Shown: in pieces, positions 51,946-63,908 of the stretch
Numbering within the stretch: the first letter of the stretch is position 1
How the letters are laid out: each line of letters starts with the position of its first letter
NCBI GenBank assembly: GCA_963695095.1
Contig: CAVOFT010000001.1
Location: 3,520,001-3,584,000 of the forward strand
Direction: 5' to 3'
DNA: 64,000 nucleotides
Source of the DNA: an uncultured bacterium
GTDB lineage: Bacteria > Krumholzibacteriota > Krumholzibacteriia > JACNKJ01
Program-made: the position numbers and the translations under genes
Notes under the pieces: model-generated
What the model was told of the DNA's origin: nothing
Databases searched by the model: none
What the model saw: only the letters and a program-made list of their open reading frames with translations

Positions 51946-53156
<1,211 letters not shown>

Positions 53157-53199
53157 GCTGCCTCCTCGCACGGGTGCGGGCAGCATAGCCGAAGGCGCC

Positions 53200-53380
53200 G
53201 CGGCCGACAACGGCGGCGGCATGGGCCTCCGGGCCGGCGGGCGCGATGGCGTCGCCGTAGGCGTAGTTCGGCGTATCCACGCCGCTCACCCAGTGCATGT
53301 GCTCGCCGTAGTCGATGCACTGCGCCTGAAGCGGCGCCGCCGCCATGAGCAGCCGCAAGCAGCGCCAGGAACAACTTCAG
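53200..53380 (-). pseudogene. 5' relic of a secreted LVIVD-repeat-like protein
   Basis: Purine-rich RBS, broken signal peptide, then [26 protein letters not shown], ending before trpB. Confidence 0.45.
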
Positions 53381-53479
53381 CGCGCCCCCTCTCGTGCCCG
53401 CCCATCCCCGTGTGGCCGGCCAACGGCCACGCATTGGTTTCGCTGATCTCATCAATCATGACACAAAGGGGCGGCGCGC

Positions 53480-56107
53480 TCAGCGCAGCAGCACGGCCTT
53501 GCGCTGGGCACTCGCGCCAGGGGCACGCAGGCGCAGGAAGTAGACCCCCGCCGGCGCCGCCGCGCCGGCGGCATCGCGGCCGTCCCAGCTGACCTCGCCC
53601 GCATCGAGATCCACGGCGAGCCGCTGCACGCGCCGGCCACGCACATCGAAGACCTCGAGCCATGCGCGCTCACCCGCGCGCCGTGAGCCCGCGCGCGCAG
53701 CCACACCTTCGATCGCGAAGCGCAACGGCGCGCGCCCGGCTGCCGGCCCAACGAACCGCAGGGAGGGCGGCCAGTCCGCGATGTCCGGCTGCTGGTAGTC
53801 CGGGTGCGCCAGGCTGGTCACGAAATCCCCGTGCCGCTCGAAGCCCACCTGCTGCAGGCCGGCGATCACGGCGACAGCGCCCGGCGCATAGGCCTTGAAG
53901 ACCAGGTCCGGCGAGGACAGGCGGAGCAGTGCCCCGTCCCAGACCGCCGTGCCCGCGGGCTCCAGGCCGATGAGCAGGCGCCCCTCCCCGCGCAGGCGCC
54001 TGCCCTGGATCAGCGCCGTGCGCAGCGCGCCGGCTTCCTTCTCGATCACGCCCCAGGCGCCCGCGCCCTCGAGGCGCTCGCCCGTGGCCGGGATCGCCAG
54101 CGGCGCCGTCCCCGTGCTCACGAGGATCCGCCGCTCGCGCGCGCCGAGCGTGGTCAGCAGGCGCAGGCCCTCGGCATGGCGCTCGGTGCTGCTGGCGGGC
54201 AGCGCCGCGCCCGGCGCCACCGGCGTGAGTTGCCACAGGAAGTGGAAGTGATCGGTCGTCTGGCTGACGTAGAAGAGCTGCGTGTTGGGATCCGGGTTGC
54301 CGTTGTCGAAGGCCGAGACGCTGGTGCCCAGCCCCGCCCGCGGCGGGTCGTGCAGGAACATCCGCAGCAGGCCGCTCTCCCCGGCAATTCGCCACTGGCC
54401 GCCGCCGATCTCGCTGAGCGCAAGCCCCTCGTCGAAGTGCAGTCGCCAGCGCCAGTAGTGCCAGCCCGCGTCGGCCTTGATCAGATCATCGCGCAGGAAG
54501 AGCTCGGGCAACTCGCCCGCCTCCGCGTCGCCCGGAAAGACGAGCAGCGTGCGCGAGGCGCGCTGCATCGGGTTGCCGCCGTCGTAGCCCCAGGACCAGT
54601 CCCAGCCCGGCCAGGGCACGTCCGGATCGTTGAAGGGCGAATGCGTCGTGTAGGCCGCGGCCATGTCCACGTTGAGCGCGGAGAGAAAGGGCGACTCGAT
54701 CCAGGCCGCGAGCGCCCCGTCCGTGCCGACGCTCGATCCCGCGTTGTGCTGCCCGAGTCCGTCGGCCGTGGGCAGGTTGTGGGCCTGCGTCTGCCTGGCC
54801 GCGGCGCCGGCCCCGTTGTCGAGCGCGAAGCCGTGCCCGAAGGCCCGCAGCGTGAACTGGCCGACGTCCTCCTGCGCGTGGCCGCCCATGAAGCGGCTGC
54901 CTTCCAGCGTGAGCAGGAAGCTCGTGGCGGGATCCGCGCCCGGCCAGCCGAGCCGGTGCACGTAGAGCCCGCCGTCGGGGAAGTAGCGCCAGGGGGGCAG
55001 CACGGGCGCGTACTCGGGACCGCTGGTATGCCAGAGCAGGGTGGCCACGGGATCGCTGTCGTGGCCGAAGTCGTGGCCCAGCGCGCCCGAGCTGCGCGCG
55101 AGCAGCCAGCGCGCGAAGGCCGGCTGCGGCCCGCGCAGGGTCGCCCATTCGAGCAGGCTGTGATGCCGCGCGAGGATGTAGTCCGCCGTGTTGCTCTCGT
55201 TGCGATTGAGCGTAGCGCCCCCACCCGCTGGCAGCATCTGGTAGGCCAGCCATTCGAGCAACTGCTGCGCCCGCGCGGCTTCCCCGCCCTCTTCGCCCTC
55301 GAGACGGCGCAGCGCCTCCCAGGTGGGCAGGAGCGTGCGCATCGACCAGGCCAGGTAGGTGATGCCCTCGCGATAGCTCCCGTCCGCGCCGAAGAGATCC
55401 CGCCAGGCCTTGGCCAGCAGGACTTCGCCCGTGGCCCGCGCCTGGAACACCAGCGGCTCCTCGGGCAGGTCCTTCTCGAGCAGCAATGACGCCAGCACGA
55501 GCTGGGCGCCCAGGGTCACGCTCTTGTTGCTGAGCAGCGGATTGTAGAGGAAGACGAGAAAGTCCGGGTCCGTGCACATCGCCTGCAGGTAGACGAGGAT
55601 CTCGTCCACGATCGCCTGTCGCTCGGCCTCGCTGGCGCTGCCGAAGGCGCAGTCGTAGCCCCAGACCAGATCGTGCAGGCGCAGCGCCGGGCCGAGCACG
55701 CCGAGCCCGGCATCCGGCTCAGGTCCCGCGTTCGCGCCCAGCCAGGCCAGCGCGGCCTCCAGGGCCGCCGCGGCCTGCCCGGCTAGCGGCGGCTCGGCGA
55801 GCTGGGCGACGAGCGAAAGCTCCTCAATGCACTGGAAGCCCCAGTAGCCATCGGCGAGCAAGAGACTCTCGGGCGGAACGGCGACCAGGCTCTCCGCCAC
55901 GGCCAGGGTCGCCTGCCAGACCTCCGCGCGGCGCGCATCGCCCGCGATCTCCCCGAGCAGCGCGGGGCGCCCGGCGGCATCGAAGAGCAGTTGCGGATGG
56001 TGCTCTTCATGCGGCGGCAGCGCCCGGACAGGAGGCGGGGCTGCCGCGCCCAGGAAGAGGGCAGCGAGTGCAAAGGTTCGAAGCAGCTGACAGACGGGCA
56101 CGGTCAC
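53480..56107 (-). CDS. Secreted heparinase II/III-like protein with FlgD-Ig C-terminal domain
   Basis: Signal peptide; DGSYREGITY; GHAQEDVGQF; TQAHN; WRLH; WDGRD..GVYFLRL; start uncertain. Confidence 0.75.
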   Translation of the reverse strand: MTVPVCQLLRTFALAALFLGAAAPPPVRALPPHEEHHPQLLFDAAGRPALLGEIAGDARRAEVWQATLAVAESLVAVPPESLLLADGYWGFQCIEELSLVAQLAEPPLAGQAAAALEAALAWLGANAGPEPDAGLGVLGPALRLHDLVWGYDCAFGSASEAERQAIVDEILVYLQAMCTDPDFLVFLYNPLLSNKSVTLGAQLVLASLLLEKDLPEEPLVFQARATGEVLLAKAWRDLFGADGSYREGITYLAWSMRTLLPTWEALRRLEGEEGGEAARAQQLLEWLAYQMLPAGGGATLNRNESNTADYILARHHSLLEWATLRGPQPAFARWLLARSSGALGHDFGHDSDPVATLLWHTSGPEYAPVLPPWRYFPDGGLYVHRLGWPGADPATSFLLTLEGSRFMGGHAQEDVGQFTLRAFGHGFALDNGAGAAARQTQAHNLPTADGLGQHNAGSSVGTDGALAAWIESPFLSALNVDMAAAYTTHSPFNDPDVPWPGWDWSWGYDGGNPMQRASRTLLVFPGDAEAGELPELFLRDDLIKADAGWHYWRWRLHFDEGLALSEIGGGQWRIAGESGLLRMFLHDPPRAGLGTSVSAFDNGNPDPNTQLFYVSQTTDHFHFLWQLTPVAPGAALPASSTERHAEGLRLLTTLGARERRILVSTGTAPLAIPATGERLEGAGAWGVIEKEAGALRTALIQGRRLRGEGRLLIGLEPAGTAVWDGALLRLSSPDLVFKAYAPGAVAVIAGLQQVGFERHGDFVTSLAHPDYQQPDIADWPPSLRFVGPAAGRAPLRFAIEGVAARAGSRRAGERAWLEVFDVRGRRVQRLAVDLDAGEVSWDGRDAAGAAAPAGVYFLRLRAPGASAQRKAVLLR

Positions 56108-56459
56108 TCCGGACTGACCAGGGTATCGGGGACACTCCTCAATGATAGCGGATCGCCGCCCGGTACCGCGAGCCGCCGTGGAACTCCTTGCCCGCGAAGC
56201 GCTTGAAGGCCGGCGTGGGCGGCCCGCAGGCGCCCCGATTTCCCTTGACCCTGGCCGCATCGTCCCGCTTAGTTTGACTCTTGCCCCCGCAGCGGACCCG
56301 AAACTCGCAGGGGTCCGCCTCGTTCACTGGCCCGTTTGCCGGAGGGGCATTCCCCTGCCTTTGCCTGCGGCGGTCGCTCATACGAGCGGGCGAGCGCATG
56401 CGCAGGCGCCGTTTCCCCGCTTGCGCTCGATGCCCAGGGGTTCTCAGCAAGGAGTCACG

Positions 56460-57218
56460 ATGCCGTTCATCGCACAGGGTTCGGGAGGCGTCCTCGGGGA
56501 CCTCGGCAATCTTATCGCGGGCACCACGCTGCTCGGCAAGTTCGTGCTCGTCATCCTCTTTGTCATGTCGGTCATCTCCTGGGCGCTGATGGTCGAGCGC
56601 GGGCGGCGCCTCGGCCGCGCGGCGCGCAGCAACGGCCGCTTCTGGGAGCAGTTCCTGCCCGCCCGCGAGGACGCCGGCGCCCTGCGCCGCCTCGGCGCCT
56701 GGGCCGAGCAGCGCGGCGAGTCGCCGCTGGCGGTGGTCTATCAGTACTTCAGCCGCGAGATCCTGCCCGGCGCCTTCGGCCAGGCCACCTCCGCCGAGCG
56801 CCTGCGCACGCTCGGCGAAGTGCTCGCCCGCGGCGTGGATCGCGTGGCCACGGCCGAGATGGGCAAGCTCGAGCGCGGCATGAGCTGGCTGGCCACCTTC
56901 ACCTCGACGGCGCCCTTCATCGGCCTCCTCGGCACGGTCTACGGCATCCTCACCAGCTTCCTCGAGATCGGCCGCCAGGGCTCGGCCTCGCTGGACGCCG
57001 TGGGCCCGGGCATCGCCGAGTCGCTGGTGGCCACAGTGGCCGGCCTGGGCGTGGCCATTCCGGCGGCCGTGGCCTACAACTACTTCATCGGCAAGCTCAA
57101 GCAGCAGGACGCCGAGCTGCAGGCCCTGGGCGCGCACCTCGGCGACCTGCTCGCCCGCGAGGACCTGCGCGTCGAGACCGCCCCGGCCCCGCCGCCGGCG
57201 GCGAGGGCGCTCTCATGA
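56460..57218 (+). CDS. tolQ: TolQ (MotA/TolQ/ExbB family)
   Basis: [38 protein letters not shown]. Confidence 0.9.
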   Translation: MPFIAQGSGGVLGDLGNLIAGTTLLGKFVLVILFVMSVISWALMVERGRRLGRAARSNGRFWEQFLPAREDAGALRRLGAWAEQRGESPLAVVYQYFSREILPGAFGQATSAERLRTLGEVLARGVDRVATAEMGKLERGMSWLATFTSTAPFIGLLGTVYGILTSFLEIGRQGSASLDAVGPGIAESLVATVAGLGVAIPAAVAYNYFIGKLKQQDAELQALGAHLGDLLAREDLRVETAPAPPPAARALS

Positions 57219-57646
57219 GCGGCGCCACCCAGACCTTCACCCGCGGCGGCCGCCACTACGGCAGCCTGGCCGAGATCAACGTCACGCCGCTGGTGGACGT
57301 GATGCTCGTGCTGCTGATCATCTTCATGCTGACGGCGCCCTTCATCGCCGGTGGCGTGGAAGTGAACCTGCCCCACACGCAGACCACGGCCAAGGCGAGC
57401 GTGGAGGGCGTGGTGATCACCGTGGACAAGCAGCGGCGCGTCTACCTCGACGAGACCCCGATCCAGCTCGCCGAGCTGAAGGACATTCTCGCCGAGATCC
57501 GGCCCGCGGGCGATGTGAGGCCGGTCTACCTGCGCAGCGACCAGGAGGTGCCCTACGGCTTCGTGGTGCGCGTGATGGGCACGATCAAGGAGGCCGGCGT
57601 CGCCGGCCTCAGTCTGGTGGTCGACCCCGACGACGAGGTCGAATAG
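57215..57646 (+). CDS. tolR: TolR (ExbD family)
   Basis: [29 protein letters not shown]. Confidence 0.9.
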   Translation: MSGATQTFTRGGRHYGSLAEINVTPLVDVMLVLLIIFMLTAPFIAGGVEVNLPHTQTTAKASVEGVVITVDKQRRVYLDETPIQLAELKDILAEIRPAGDVRPVYLRSDQEVPYGFVVRVMGTIKEAGVAGLSLVVDPDDEVE

Positions 57647-57661
57647 AGAGGCGCCGCGGCC

Positions 57662-58470
57662 GTGAAGCCCGCTCATCTCATCGCGTCCTTCTTCGGCCAC
57701 CTGGTCCTCCTGGTGTTGCTCGGCATGGCCTCCACCCTGCTCAAGCAGACGCCCCCGCCGCCGCCCGACACCATCCGCATCAGCTTCGGCCAGCTGCCGC
57801 GCAGCGGCGGCAGCAAGCGCCGCGAGACGCGCGCTCCCCAGATCAGGCCGGCGCCGCCGGCCAGGGAGGAGAGCAAGGCGGCGGCGCCCATCGCCAAGCC
57901 GAAGGAGACGCCGAAGCCCAAGGATACGCCCAAGGCGACGACGGAGACTCCCAAGCCTCCCGCGGCCAAGCCGGCCGAGGCCGTGAAGCCGGTGACGAAG
58001 AGCGAGGCCGCCCAGGCGCCCGAGAAGGTCGTGCCCGCGCCGGCCCGGGTCTGCCCGAGGGCGCGGGCACGGCGCCGGCCGGCGCCAAGGAGGCCGCCCC
58101 CGCGCCAGGCGGCGCGGCGGAGGCGGGCCCGGGGCCCGAATCCCTGGGCGGCGGCGCCAGCGTGCAAGCGTGGGGTGACTTGGGGGCCGGCGATTCCTAT
58201 CTTGGTCTCGTGCAGAGCAAGATCGGCCGGCGCTGGCAGCCGAGCGCGGCGAGTACGCAGGGACGGGCCGTCCTGGAGGCCATCGTCAGCTTCAGGATCG
58301 GCGCGAACGGCGAGATCCTGGAGCCGACGATCTTCCAGGCGAGCGGGCTCTCGGTCTACGACCGCGAGGCCCTGCGCGCGGTGGTCGAGGCGAATCCCCT
58401 GCCGCCTCCGCCCCTGCGCTTTCGCGCGGCAGGTCTCAAGATCCAGTTCAGCTTCACCTACCGCCGGTGA
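57662..58470 (+). CDS. tolA: TolA/TonB-like protein (frameshift near 58038)
   Basis: S-x3-H TM motif; Lys/Pro/Ala-rich linker; C-terminal YL..V..KI.RRW..SG...D..ALRAV..P.P.PP; position between tolR and tolB. Confidence 0.8.
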
Positions 58471-58487
58471 GCGCGATCGGGGAGGGC

Positions 58488-59876
58488 ATGGTCAGGCAGC
58501 AGATGCAGACTGGAGGCAGCCGCCCGCGGTTCCGCAGGTGGCTCGCGCGCGCCCTCGCCGCGCTGGCCGTTCTCCTGCTCGCCCTACCGGCGAGCGCCCA
58601 GGGCGGCGGCGAGCCGGGGCCGGGGGATGTGATCCGTCTCGGCGTGGAACGCAGCTCGGTGCCGCGCCTGCGGGTGAAGCTGCTGCCCCTGGAGGTGCTG
58701 ACCAGCGCCCCCGGCGCCGCCGAGGCGGCCACCGCGATGGCCGGTCGCCTGGCCCGGGACCTTCATTACAGCGGCCTCATCGAGATCGTCCTGCCGCTGC
58801 CGCCAGGGGTCCCCTCGCCCTACAGCAACGGCCGCGGGCCGCGGACCCAGGAGGGCGGCGCCCCCGAGTTCGGGATCACCCTGCGCCTGGAAACCGCACC
58901 GGGGGCCGGGCTCGTCTGGGTGGCACGCCTGGTCGAGCCCGGCGGCGGCTTCCGCGTGAGCAAGCGCTACACGGTGGAACTGCCTGATTTCGCGCGCTCC
59001 GTGCACCATTTCGCCGACGAAGTGATCATGCAGCTCACGGGCGAGCAGGGCATCGCCCAGACGCGCGTGCTCTTCAGCCGCGGCAAGGGCGACGAGCGCG
59101 AGCTCTACGTGGTGGACTATGATGGCGAGAACCTGCGCCAGGTCACCCGCAACGGCAGCCTGAACCTGACCCCGCGCTGGTCGCCGGACGGCAGCAAGGT
59201 GGCCTACACCTCCTATCATGGCGGCCGCCAGCGCCTGATGCTGCTGGCCAGCGCCACCGGCCAGAGCAGCCGCGTGGGCGACTTCCAGGGCCTGAACCTG
59301 GGCCCCGCCTGGTCGCCCGACGGCAGCGAACTGGCCGTAACGCTTTCTCGTGACGGCAATTCCGAAATCTACCGGCTGAAGCCCGATGGTGCGGTCGTCC
59401 AGCGCCTCAGCTTCGAGCCCTCCATCGAGTGCAGCCCCTGCTGGGACCCCAGCGGCCAGCAGATCGCCTACACCAGCGACCGCACGGGCAGCCCGCAGCT
59501 CTACGTGATGGACAAGGTGGGCGCGAACCGCCGGCGCATCACCTTCGAGGGCAGCTACAACGAGAGCGCGGCCTGGTCGCCGCGGGGCGACCGGATCGCC
59601 TACGTCAGCCGCCACGAGAAGCGCTTCACCATCTTCGTGCTGGCGCCCGACGGCAGCGAGCGTCAGCAGGTGACCGTCGCCCAGGATCGCGACAATGAAG
59701 ATCCCTCCTGGGCCCCCGACGGACGACACTTGGTTGTCAGCAGCAACAGAACAGGGTATACCAATCTCTGGGTCATCGACGTCGACTCAGGGGAGGCCCG
59801 CCCCCTAACGCGGGGCAAGGGCGATGACACGGGTCCCTGCTGGAGCGGCGCGCCGGGGGCCGCTCGGGGCAACTAG
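58488..59876 (+). CDS. tolB: TolB beta-propeller protein
   Basis: VHHFADE..TGEQGIAQT; repeated P.WSPDG PD40 repeats. Confidence 0.9.
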   Translation: MVRQQMQTGGSRPRFRRWLARALAALAVLLLALPASAQGGGEPGPGDVIRLGVERSSVPRLRVKLLPLEVLTSAPGAAEAATAMAGRLARDLHYSGLIEIVLPLPPGVPSPYSNGRGPRTQEGGAPEFGITLRLETAPGAGLVWVARLVEPGGGFRVSKRYTVELPDFARSVHHFADEVIMQLTGEQGIAQTRVLFSRGKGDERELYVVDYDGENLRQVTRNGSLNLTPRWSPDGSKVAYTSYHGGRQRLMLLASATGQSSRVGDFQGLNLGPAWSPDGSELAVTLSRDGNSEIYRLKPDGAVVQRLSFEPSIECSPCWDPSGQQIAYTSDRTGSPQLYVMDKVGANRRRITFEGSYNESAAWSPRGDRIAYVSRHEKRFTIFVLAPDGSERQQVTVAQDRDNEDPSWAPDGRHLVVSSNRTGYTNLWVIDVDSGEARPLTRGKGDDTGPCWSGAPGAARGN

Positions 59877-59937
59877 GAGGGGGGCCAATGGCGACGACCG
59901 GCGTTGAAAGTAGAGACCCAATAACAAGGAGTTTGCG

Positions 59938-60513
59938 ATGAATGGAAGAATGATGCGCAGCCACCAGCAGCGGGGCGCGTTCACGCTGGCAGTTCTGGCC
60001 GCATTGAGCCTCCTGCTCGTGCTCGGTCTGGGTGGCTGTGGCAAGAAGCAGCAGCAGGCGGACATCAGCAGCATGCCGAGCGATATCTCGAGCGAGGAGC
60101 CGATCGCGGTTGCCGACAACGACATCCCCGTGGCCCAGCCTGCCGCCGAGCCCACCGATGTCATCACCGGTGACATGGGCCTCAAGCCCGTCTTCTTCGA
60201 CTTCGACAAGCACGAGCTGACGGCCCAGGCCCGCGAGACCCTCAACGCCAGCGGCCGCATTCTCAAAGAGCTCAAGACCATGCGCGTGACGATCGAGGGC
60301 CACTGCGACGAGCGCGGCACCACCCAGTACAACCTGGCGCTCGGTGAGAAGCGCGCGCGCGCGGCGATGAGCTACCTGGCGAGCCTTGGCATCGAGAGCG
60401 GCCGCATGGAGATCGTCTCCTACGGCAAGGAGCGCCCCTTCATGATGGGCCACGACGAAGCGTCCTGGGCCCAGAATCGTCGCGCCCACTTCGTGCCGCG
60501 CGCCGCAAAGTGA
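59938..60513 (+). CDS. pal: Peptidoglycan-associated lipoprotein
   Basis: LGGC lipobox; FFDFDK; IEGHCDERGT..YNLALGEKRA; SYGKERP; NRRA. Confidence 0.95.
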   Translation: MNGRMMRSHQQRGAFTLAVLAALSLLLVLGLGGCGKKQQQADISSMPSDISSEEPIAVADNDIPVAQPAAEPTDVITGDMGLKPVFFDFDKHELTAQARETLNASGRILKELKTMRVTIEGHCDERGTTQYNLALGEKRARAAMSYLASLGIESGRMEIVSYGKERPFMMGHDEASWAQNRRAHFVPRAAK

Positions 60514-61475
60514 TCGCTGTGGCTTCGCCCCTAGCGGCTTTTCGTGCCGGCGCGCGCGTCTTGCGCGCCGGCCTTTTCGCCCTGCTGCTCCTGGCGCCCC
60601 TGGCCTCCGGCTGCGCCTACCTGAGCGGCAAGGCCGAGCTGCAGGTGAACGAGATCGCCCAGGAAACCCGCGTGCTGCGCGGCCAGCAGCGGGATCTCAC
60701 GGATGAGGTCGGGCGCATCCGCAGCCTGCTCGAGAGCGAGGGAATGGTGGGCGACGAGGAGCGCGCAGCGCTGCTCTCCCGCCTGGACGCCCTCGAGCGC
60801 GCGGTGATCCAGATGACGGCGCGCGGCGAGGAGCAGGAGGCCATGCTGAAGCGCATGGCTGCGACCCTGGACCAGCTCGCGCGCCAGGCCAGCTTCGCCC
60901 CCGGGGGCGCCACTGCCGGACCCGCGCCGGGAACGGCGCCGGGAACCGTGGCGACCACGCCGGGCGCAGCGCCCGGCGCCGAGACGCCTCCCCCGCAGGC
61001 CACGGCGCCTGCCGCAGCGACACCGGCGGCTCCGGCCCCGGCTGCCGCCGCGAGCGCCGATTCGGGCCGCGCTCAGCCCGTCGAGGAGGGCTCCACGGAG
61101 CTGGCCATCTACGATGCGGCCCGCGGCGACTTCGCCCGCGGCAACTACGCGCTCGCCCGCGACGGCTTCGACGAGCTGCTCCGCCGCTTCCCGCGCAGCA
61201 GTCTCGCCGACAATGCCGCCTACTGGCTGGCCGAAAGCTTCTACGCCGAGGCGAAGTACCTGCAGGCCCTGGAGCGCTACGAGGAGATCCTGATCGCCTA
61301 TCCCGAGGGCGACGTGCGCCCGGCCGCCCTGCTCAAGACCGGCTACTGCCGCCTCGAGCTGGGCTTCCCCGACGAGGCCGCTCGCTCTTTCGAGCGCGTG
61401 ACGCTGCTCTTCCCCGAGAGCAACGAGGCGGCCATCGCCCAGCACAAGCTCAGCAGCATCCCGCGACCGCGCTAG
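60510..61475 (+). CDS. cpoB: Tol-pal associated TPR protein (YbgF/CpoB)
   Basis: ASGC lipobox, coiled coil, TPRs with LADNAAYWLAE and ALLKTG. Confidence 0.85.
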   Translation: MIAVASPLAAFRAGARVLRAGLFALLLLAPLASGCAYLSGKAELQVNEIAQETRVLRGQQRDLTDEVGRIRSLLESEGMVGDEERAALLSRLDALERAVIQMTARGEEQEAMLKRMAATLDQLARQASFAPGGATAGPAPGTAPGTVATTPGAAPGAETPPPQATAPAAATPAAPAPAAAASADSGRAQPVEEGSTELAIYDAARGDFARGNYALARDGFDELLRRFPRSSLADNAAYWLAESFYAEAKYLQALERYEEILIAYPEGDVRPAALLKTGYCRLELGFPDEAARSFERVTLLFPESNEAAIAQHKLSSIPRPR

Positions 61476-61506
61476 CGGTGCCGCGGCTAGCGCAGCGCGG
61501 CCCTCA

Positions 61507-62892
61507 TCAGCGCAGCGCCGCGAAGAGCGCTGCGAGCTTCGCGCGGTCCTTGCGGCCCGGGGCGGACTCCACGCCGCTGGCCAGATCGAGCGCGAAGGGC
61601 AGCAGCGCCGCCGCCTCGGCAATGTTCGCCGGGTTCAATCCTCCCGCCAGGATCACCTGCCGACCGAAGCGCTCCGCGTCCTGCGCGAGCAGGTCCGCGA
61701 GCAGCGCGTAGTCGAAGCGCCGGCCCGTGCCGCCCACCTGTCCCGCGACCTTCGTATCGAGCAGGATGTAGTCGGCGACGCTATCCGGCAGCACCACGGG
61801 CTCGCTGCCCACCGGCAGCACGCGCGTCACGAAGGTCTCGGGCAGGCGGCCCTTGACCCACTGCACATCCTTCTCGCTGTAGCCGCCGTGCAGCTGGAGG
61901 CCATGCAGGTTGCAGCGCCGGGCGATGGCTGCGACCTCTTCCAGCCGCCGCTCGACGAAGACGCCCACCTTGACGCCGGCCAGTCCGCGCACGAGGGTCT
62001 CCAGGTTCTCCGGCTCGAGGTGCCGCGGGCTGCCCTCGTGGAGGATGAAGCCGAGCCAGCTCGCGCCCGCATCGAGGGCGGCCTCGGCGTCGGCGCGGCT
62101 GGTGATGCCGCAGATCTTAACGCGCCCGTAGACCAGCTCCTTCACCTTGGCCGCCATGTCCGGCGCGGCCAGGATGCTGCTGCCGATGAGGAAGGCGTCC
62201 ACCTGGGGCGCGAGCCGGCGCAGCTCGGCGTGGTGGGCGAAGCCCGACTCGCTCACGCGCAGCAGGCCCGACGGCACGCGCGGCGCAAGGCGCTCGGTGA
62301 CGGTCAGGTCCGTGCGCAGGGTATCGAGGTCGCGGTTGTTGATGCCGACGATCTGGGCCCCCGCCGCGAGCGCCCGCTCGAGTTCGGCCTCGTCGTGCAC
62401 TTCCACCAGGGCGGCCATGCCCAGCTCGGCGGCGGCGGCGCGCAGCTCGACGAGTTGCGCCTGCTCCAGCGCCGCCACGATGAGCAGCACGGCGTCCGCC
62501 CCCAGCCAGCGTGATTCGGTCACCTGGTAGGGATCGATGGTGAAGTCCTTGCGCAGCAGGGGCCGCGTCGTGAGCGCGCGGGCGCGGCGCAAATCCTCCG
62601 CGCTGCCGCCGAAGAAGCGCTCGTCGGTGAGCACGCTGATGCAGTCGGCGTGGCGCTCGTAGAGGGCGAGCAGCTCGTCGAGATCGAGATCGGGGCGAAT
62701 CGCTCCCCGGCTCGGGCTCGCCTTCTTGACTTCGAGGATGTAGCGCCGCCCCGGCGCCGCCAGCGCGGCACGGAAGTCACGCGTGCTCGGCGCCAGCTCG
62801 GCGGCGAAGCTGGAGAGCGGCCGCTCGCGCTTGGCGATCGCAAGCTCTTCGCGCTTCGCGGCCAGGATGCGCTGCAGCACGGACTCGCTCAC
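61507..62892 (-). CDS. trpCF: Bifunctional indole-3-glycerol-phosphate synthase / phosphoribosylanthranilate isomerase
   Basis: EVKKASPSRG, LRKDF, GINNRDL and SESG, followed in frame by VKICGIT, LQLHG, GGTGRRF and LAGGL; GTGA overlap with trpD. Confidence 0.93.
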   Translation of the reverse strand: MSESVLQRILAAKREELAIAKRERPLSSFAAELAPSTRDFRAALAAPGRRYILEVKKASPSRGAIRPDLDLDELLALYERHADCISVLTDERFFGGSAEDLRRARALTTRPLLRKDFTIDPYQVTESRWLGADAVLLIVAALEQAQLVELRAAAAELGMAALVEVHDEAELERALAAGAQIVGINNRDLDTLRTDLTVTERLAPRVPSGLLRVSESGFAHHAELRRLAPQVDAFLIGSSILAAPDMAAKVKELVYGRVKICGITSRADAEAALDAGASWLGFILHEGSPRHLEPENLETLVRGLAGVKVGVFVERRLEEVAAIARRCNLHGLQLHGGYSEKDVQWVKGRLPETFVTRVLPVGSEPVVLPDSVADYILLDTKVAGQVGGTGRRFDYALLADLLAQDAERFGRQVILAGGLNPANIAEAAALLPFALDLASGVESAPGRKDRAKLAALFAALR

Positions 62893-63908
62893 TTCAGATC
62901 CCGACTGGCTTCGACCCAGCGCTCGAGCAGGCGCAGGGGCTCGCCGGCGGCCATCAGTTCCAGGGCGCGCCGGGCGGCGGCGGCCCAGTCGTCCTCGGCG
63001 CCGGTGAGCACGAGGCCGGCCGCGGCGTTGATCGCCACCGCGCGCGCGCGCGGCCCGCGGTCCTTGCCGCCCAGCACCTCGCGCAGGATGGACGCGTTCT
63101 CCTCGGCGCTGCCCCCCGTCAGGTCGGCCGCGGCGGCGGGCGCGAGGCCGATGGCCTCGGGATCGACTTCCAGCCCGCGCAGGCCGCCGCCCTCGACGGC
63201 GATGATGCGACTCGGCCCGTGCAGGGCCAGCTCGTCCATGCCCGAACCGTGGATGACGAAGGCCCGCTCGCTGCCCATGTCGAGCAGGGCCTGGGCCATG
63301 GGCTCGAGCAGGGCCTCGCTGTAGACCCCGAGCACCTGCGCGTAGGGTCTCAGCGGATTGCTGAGCGGCCCGATCAGGTTGAAGAGCGTGCGCGTCGCCA
63401 GGGCCTGGCGCACGGGCATCACCGCCTTCATCGCCGGGTGGTAGCGCGGCGCGAAGAGAAAGCAGATGCCCAGCTCGTCGAGCAGCTTGCCATTGGCCGC
63501 GGGGCTCAGCTCGATGCGCAGGCCGAGGGCTTCCAGCACATCGGCACTGCCCGCGCGGCTGGAGACGGCGCGGTTGCCGTGCTTGGCCACGGGCTGGCCG
63601 GCCGCCGCCAGCACCAGGGCCGCCGCCGTGGAGATGTTGAAGCTGTGCTGGCCGTCGCCGCCCGTGCCGCAGGTGTCCATCACACGCTCGCGGACCGTGG
63701 GGACGGCAACGGCGGCATCCTGCAGGGCGCGCGCGGCGCCGCCGATCTCGGCGGGCGTCTCGCCCTTGATCTTGAGCGCGATGAGAATGCCGGCGATCTG
63801 CGCCGGCTCGAGGGCGCCACTCATGATCTCGCCGACGACGAGCCGCGTTTCGGCGAAGGTGAGGTCCTGCGCTTCGTAGAGCTTCTTCAGGATGAGCGCA
63901 TGACTCAC
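62889..63908 (-). CDS. trpD: Anthranilate phosphoribosyltransferase
   Basis: DTCGTGGDG..FNIST, KHGNRAVSS, RTLFNLIGPLSNP and GMDE. Confidence 0.95.
   Translation of the reverse strand: MSHALILKKLYEAQDLTFAETRLVVGEIMSGALEPAQIAGILIALKIKGETPAEIGGAARALQDAAVAVPTVRERVMDTCGTGGDGQHSFNISTAAALVLAAAGQPVAKHGNRAVSSRAGSADVLEALGLRIELSPAANGKLLDELGICFLFAPRYHPAMKAVMPVRQALATRTLFNLIGPLSNPLRPYAQVLGVYSEALLEPMAQALLDMGSERAFVIHGSGMDELALHGPSRIIAVEGGGLRGLEVDPEAIGLAPAAAADLTGGSAEENASILREVLGGKDRGPRARAVAINAAAGLVLTGAEDDWAAAARRALELMAAGEPLRLLERWVEASRDLK

Noticed and set aside
60900..61060. Tandem-repeat-like GC-rich stretch in cpoB (and at 57890-57990 in tolA)
   Set aside because: Ordinary Pro/Ala/Thr/Lys-rich protein linkers
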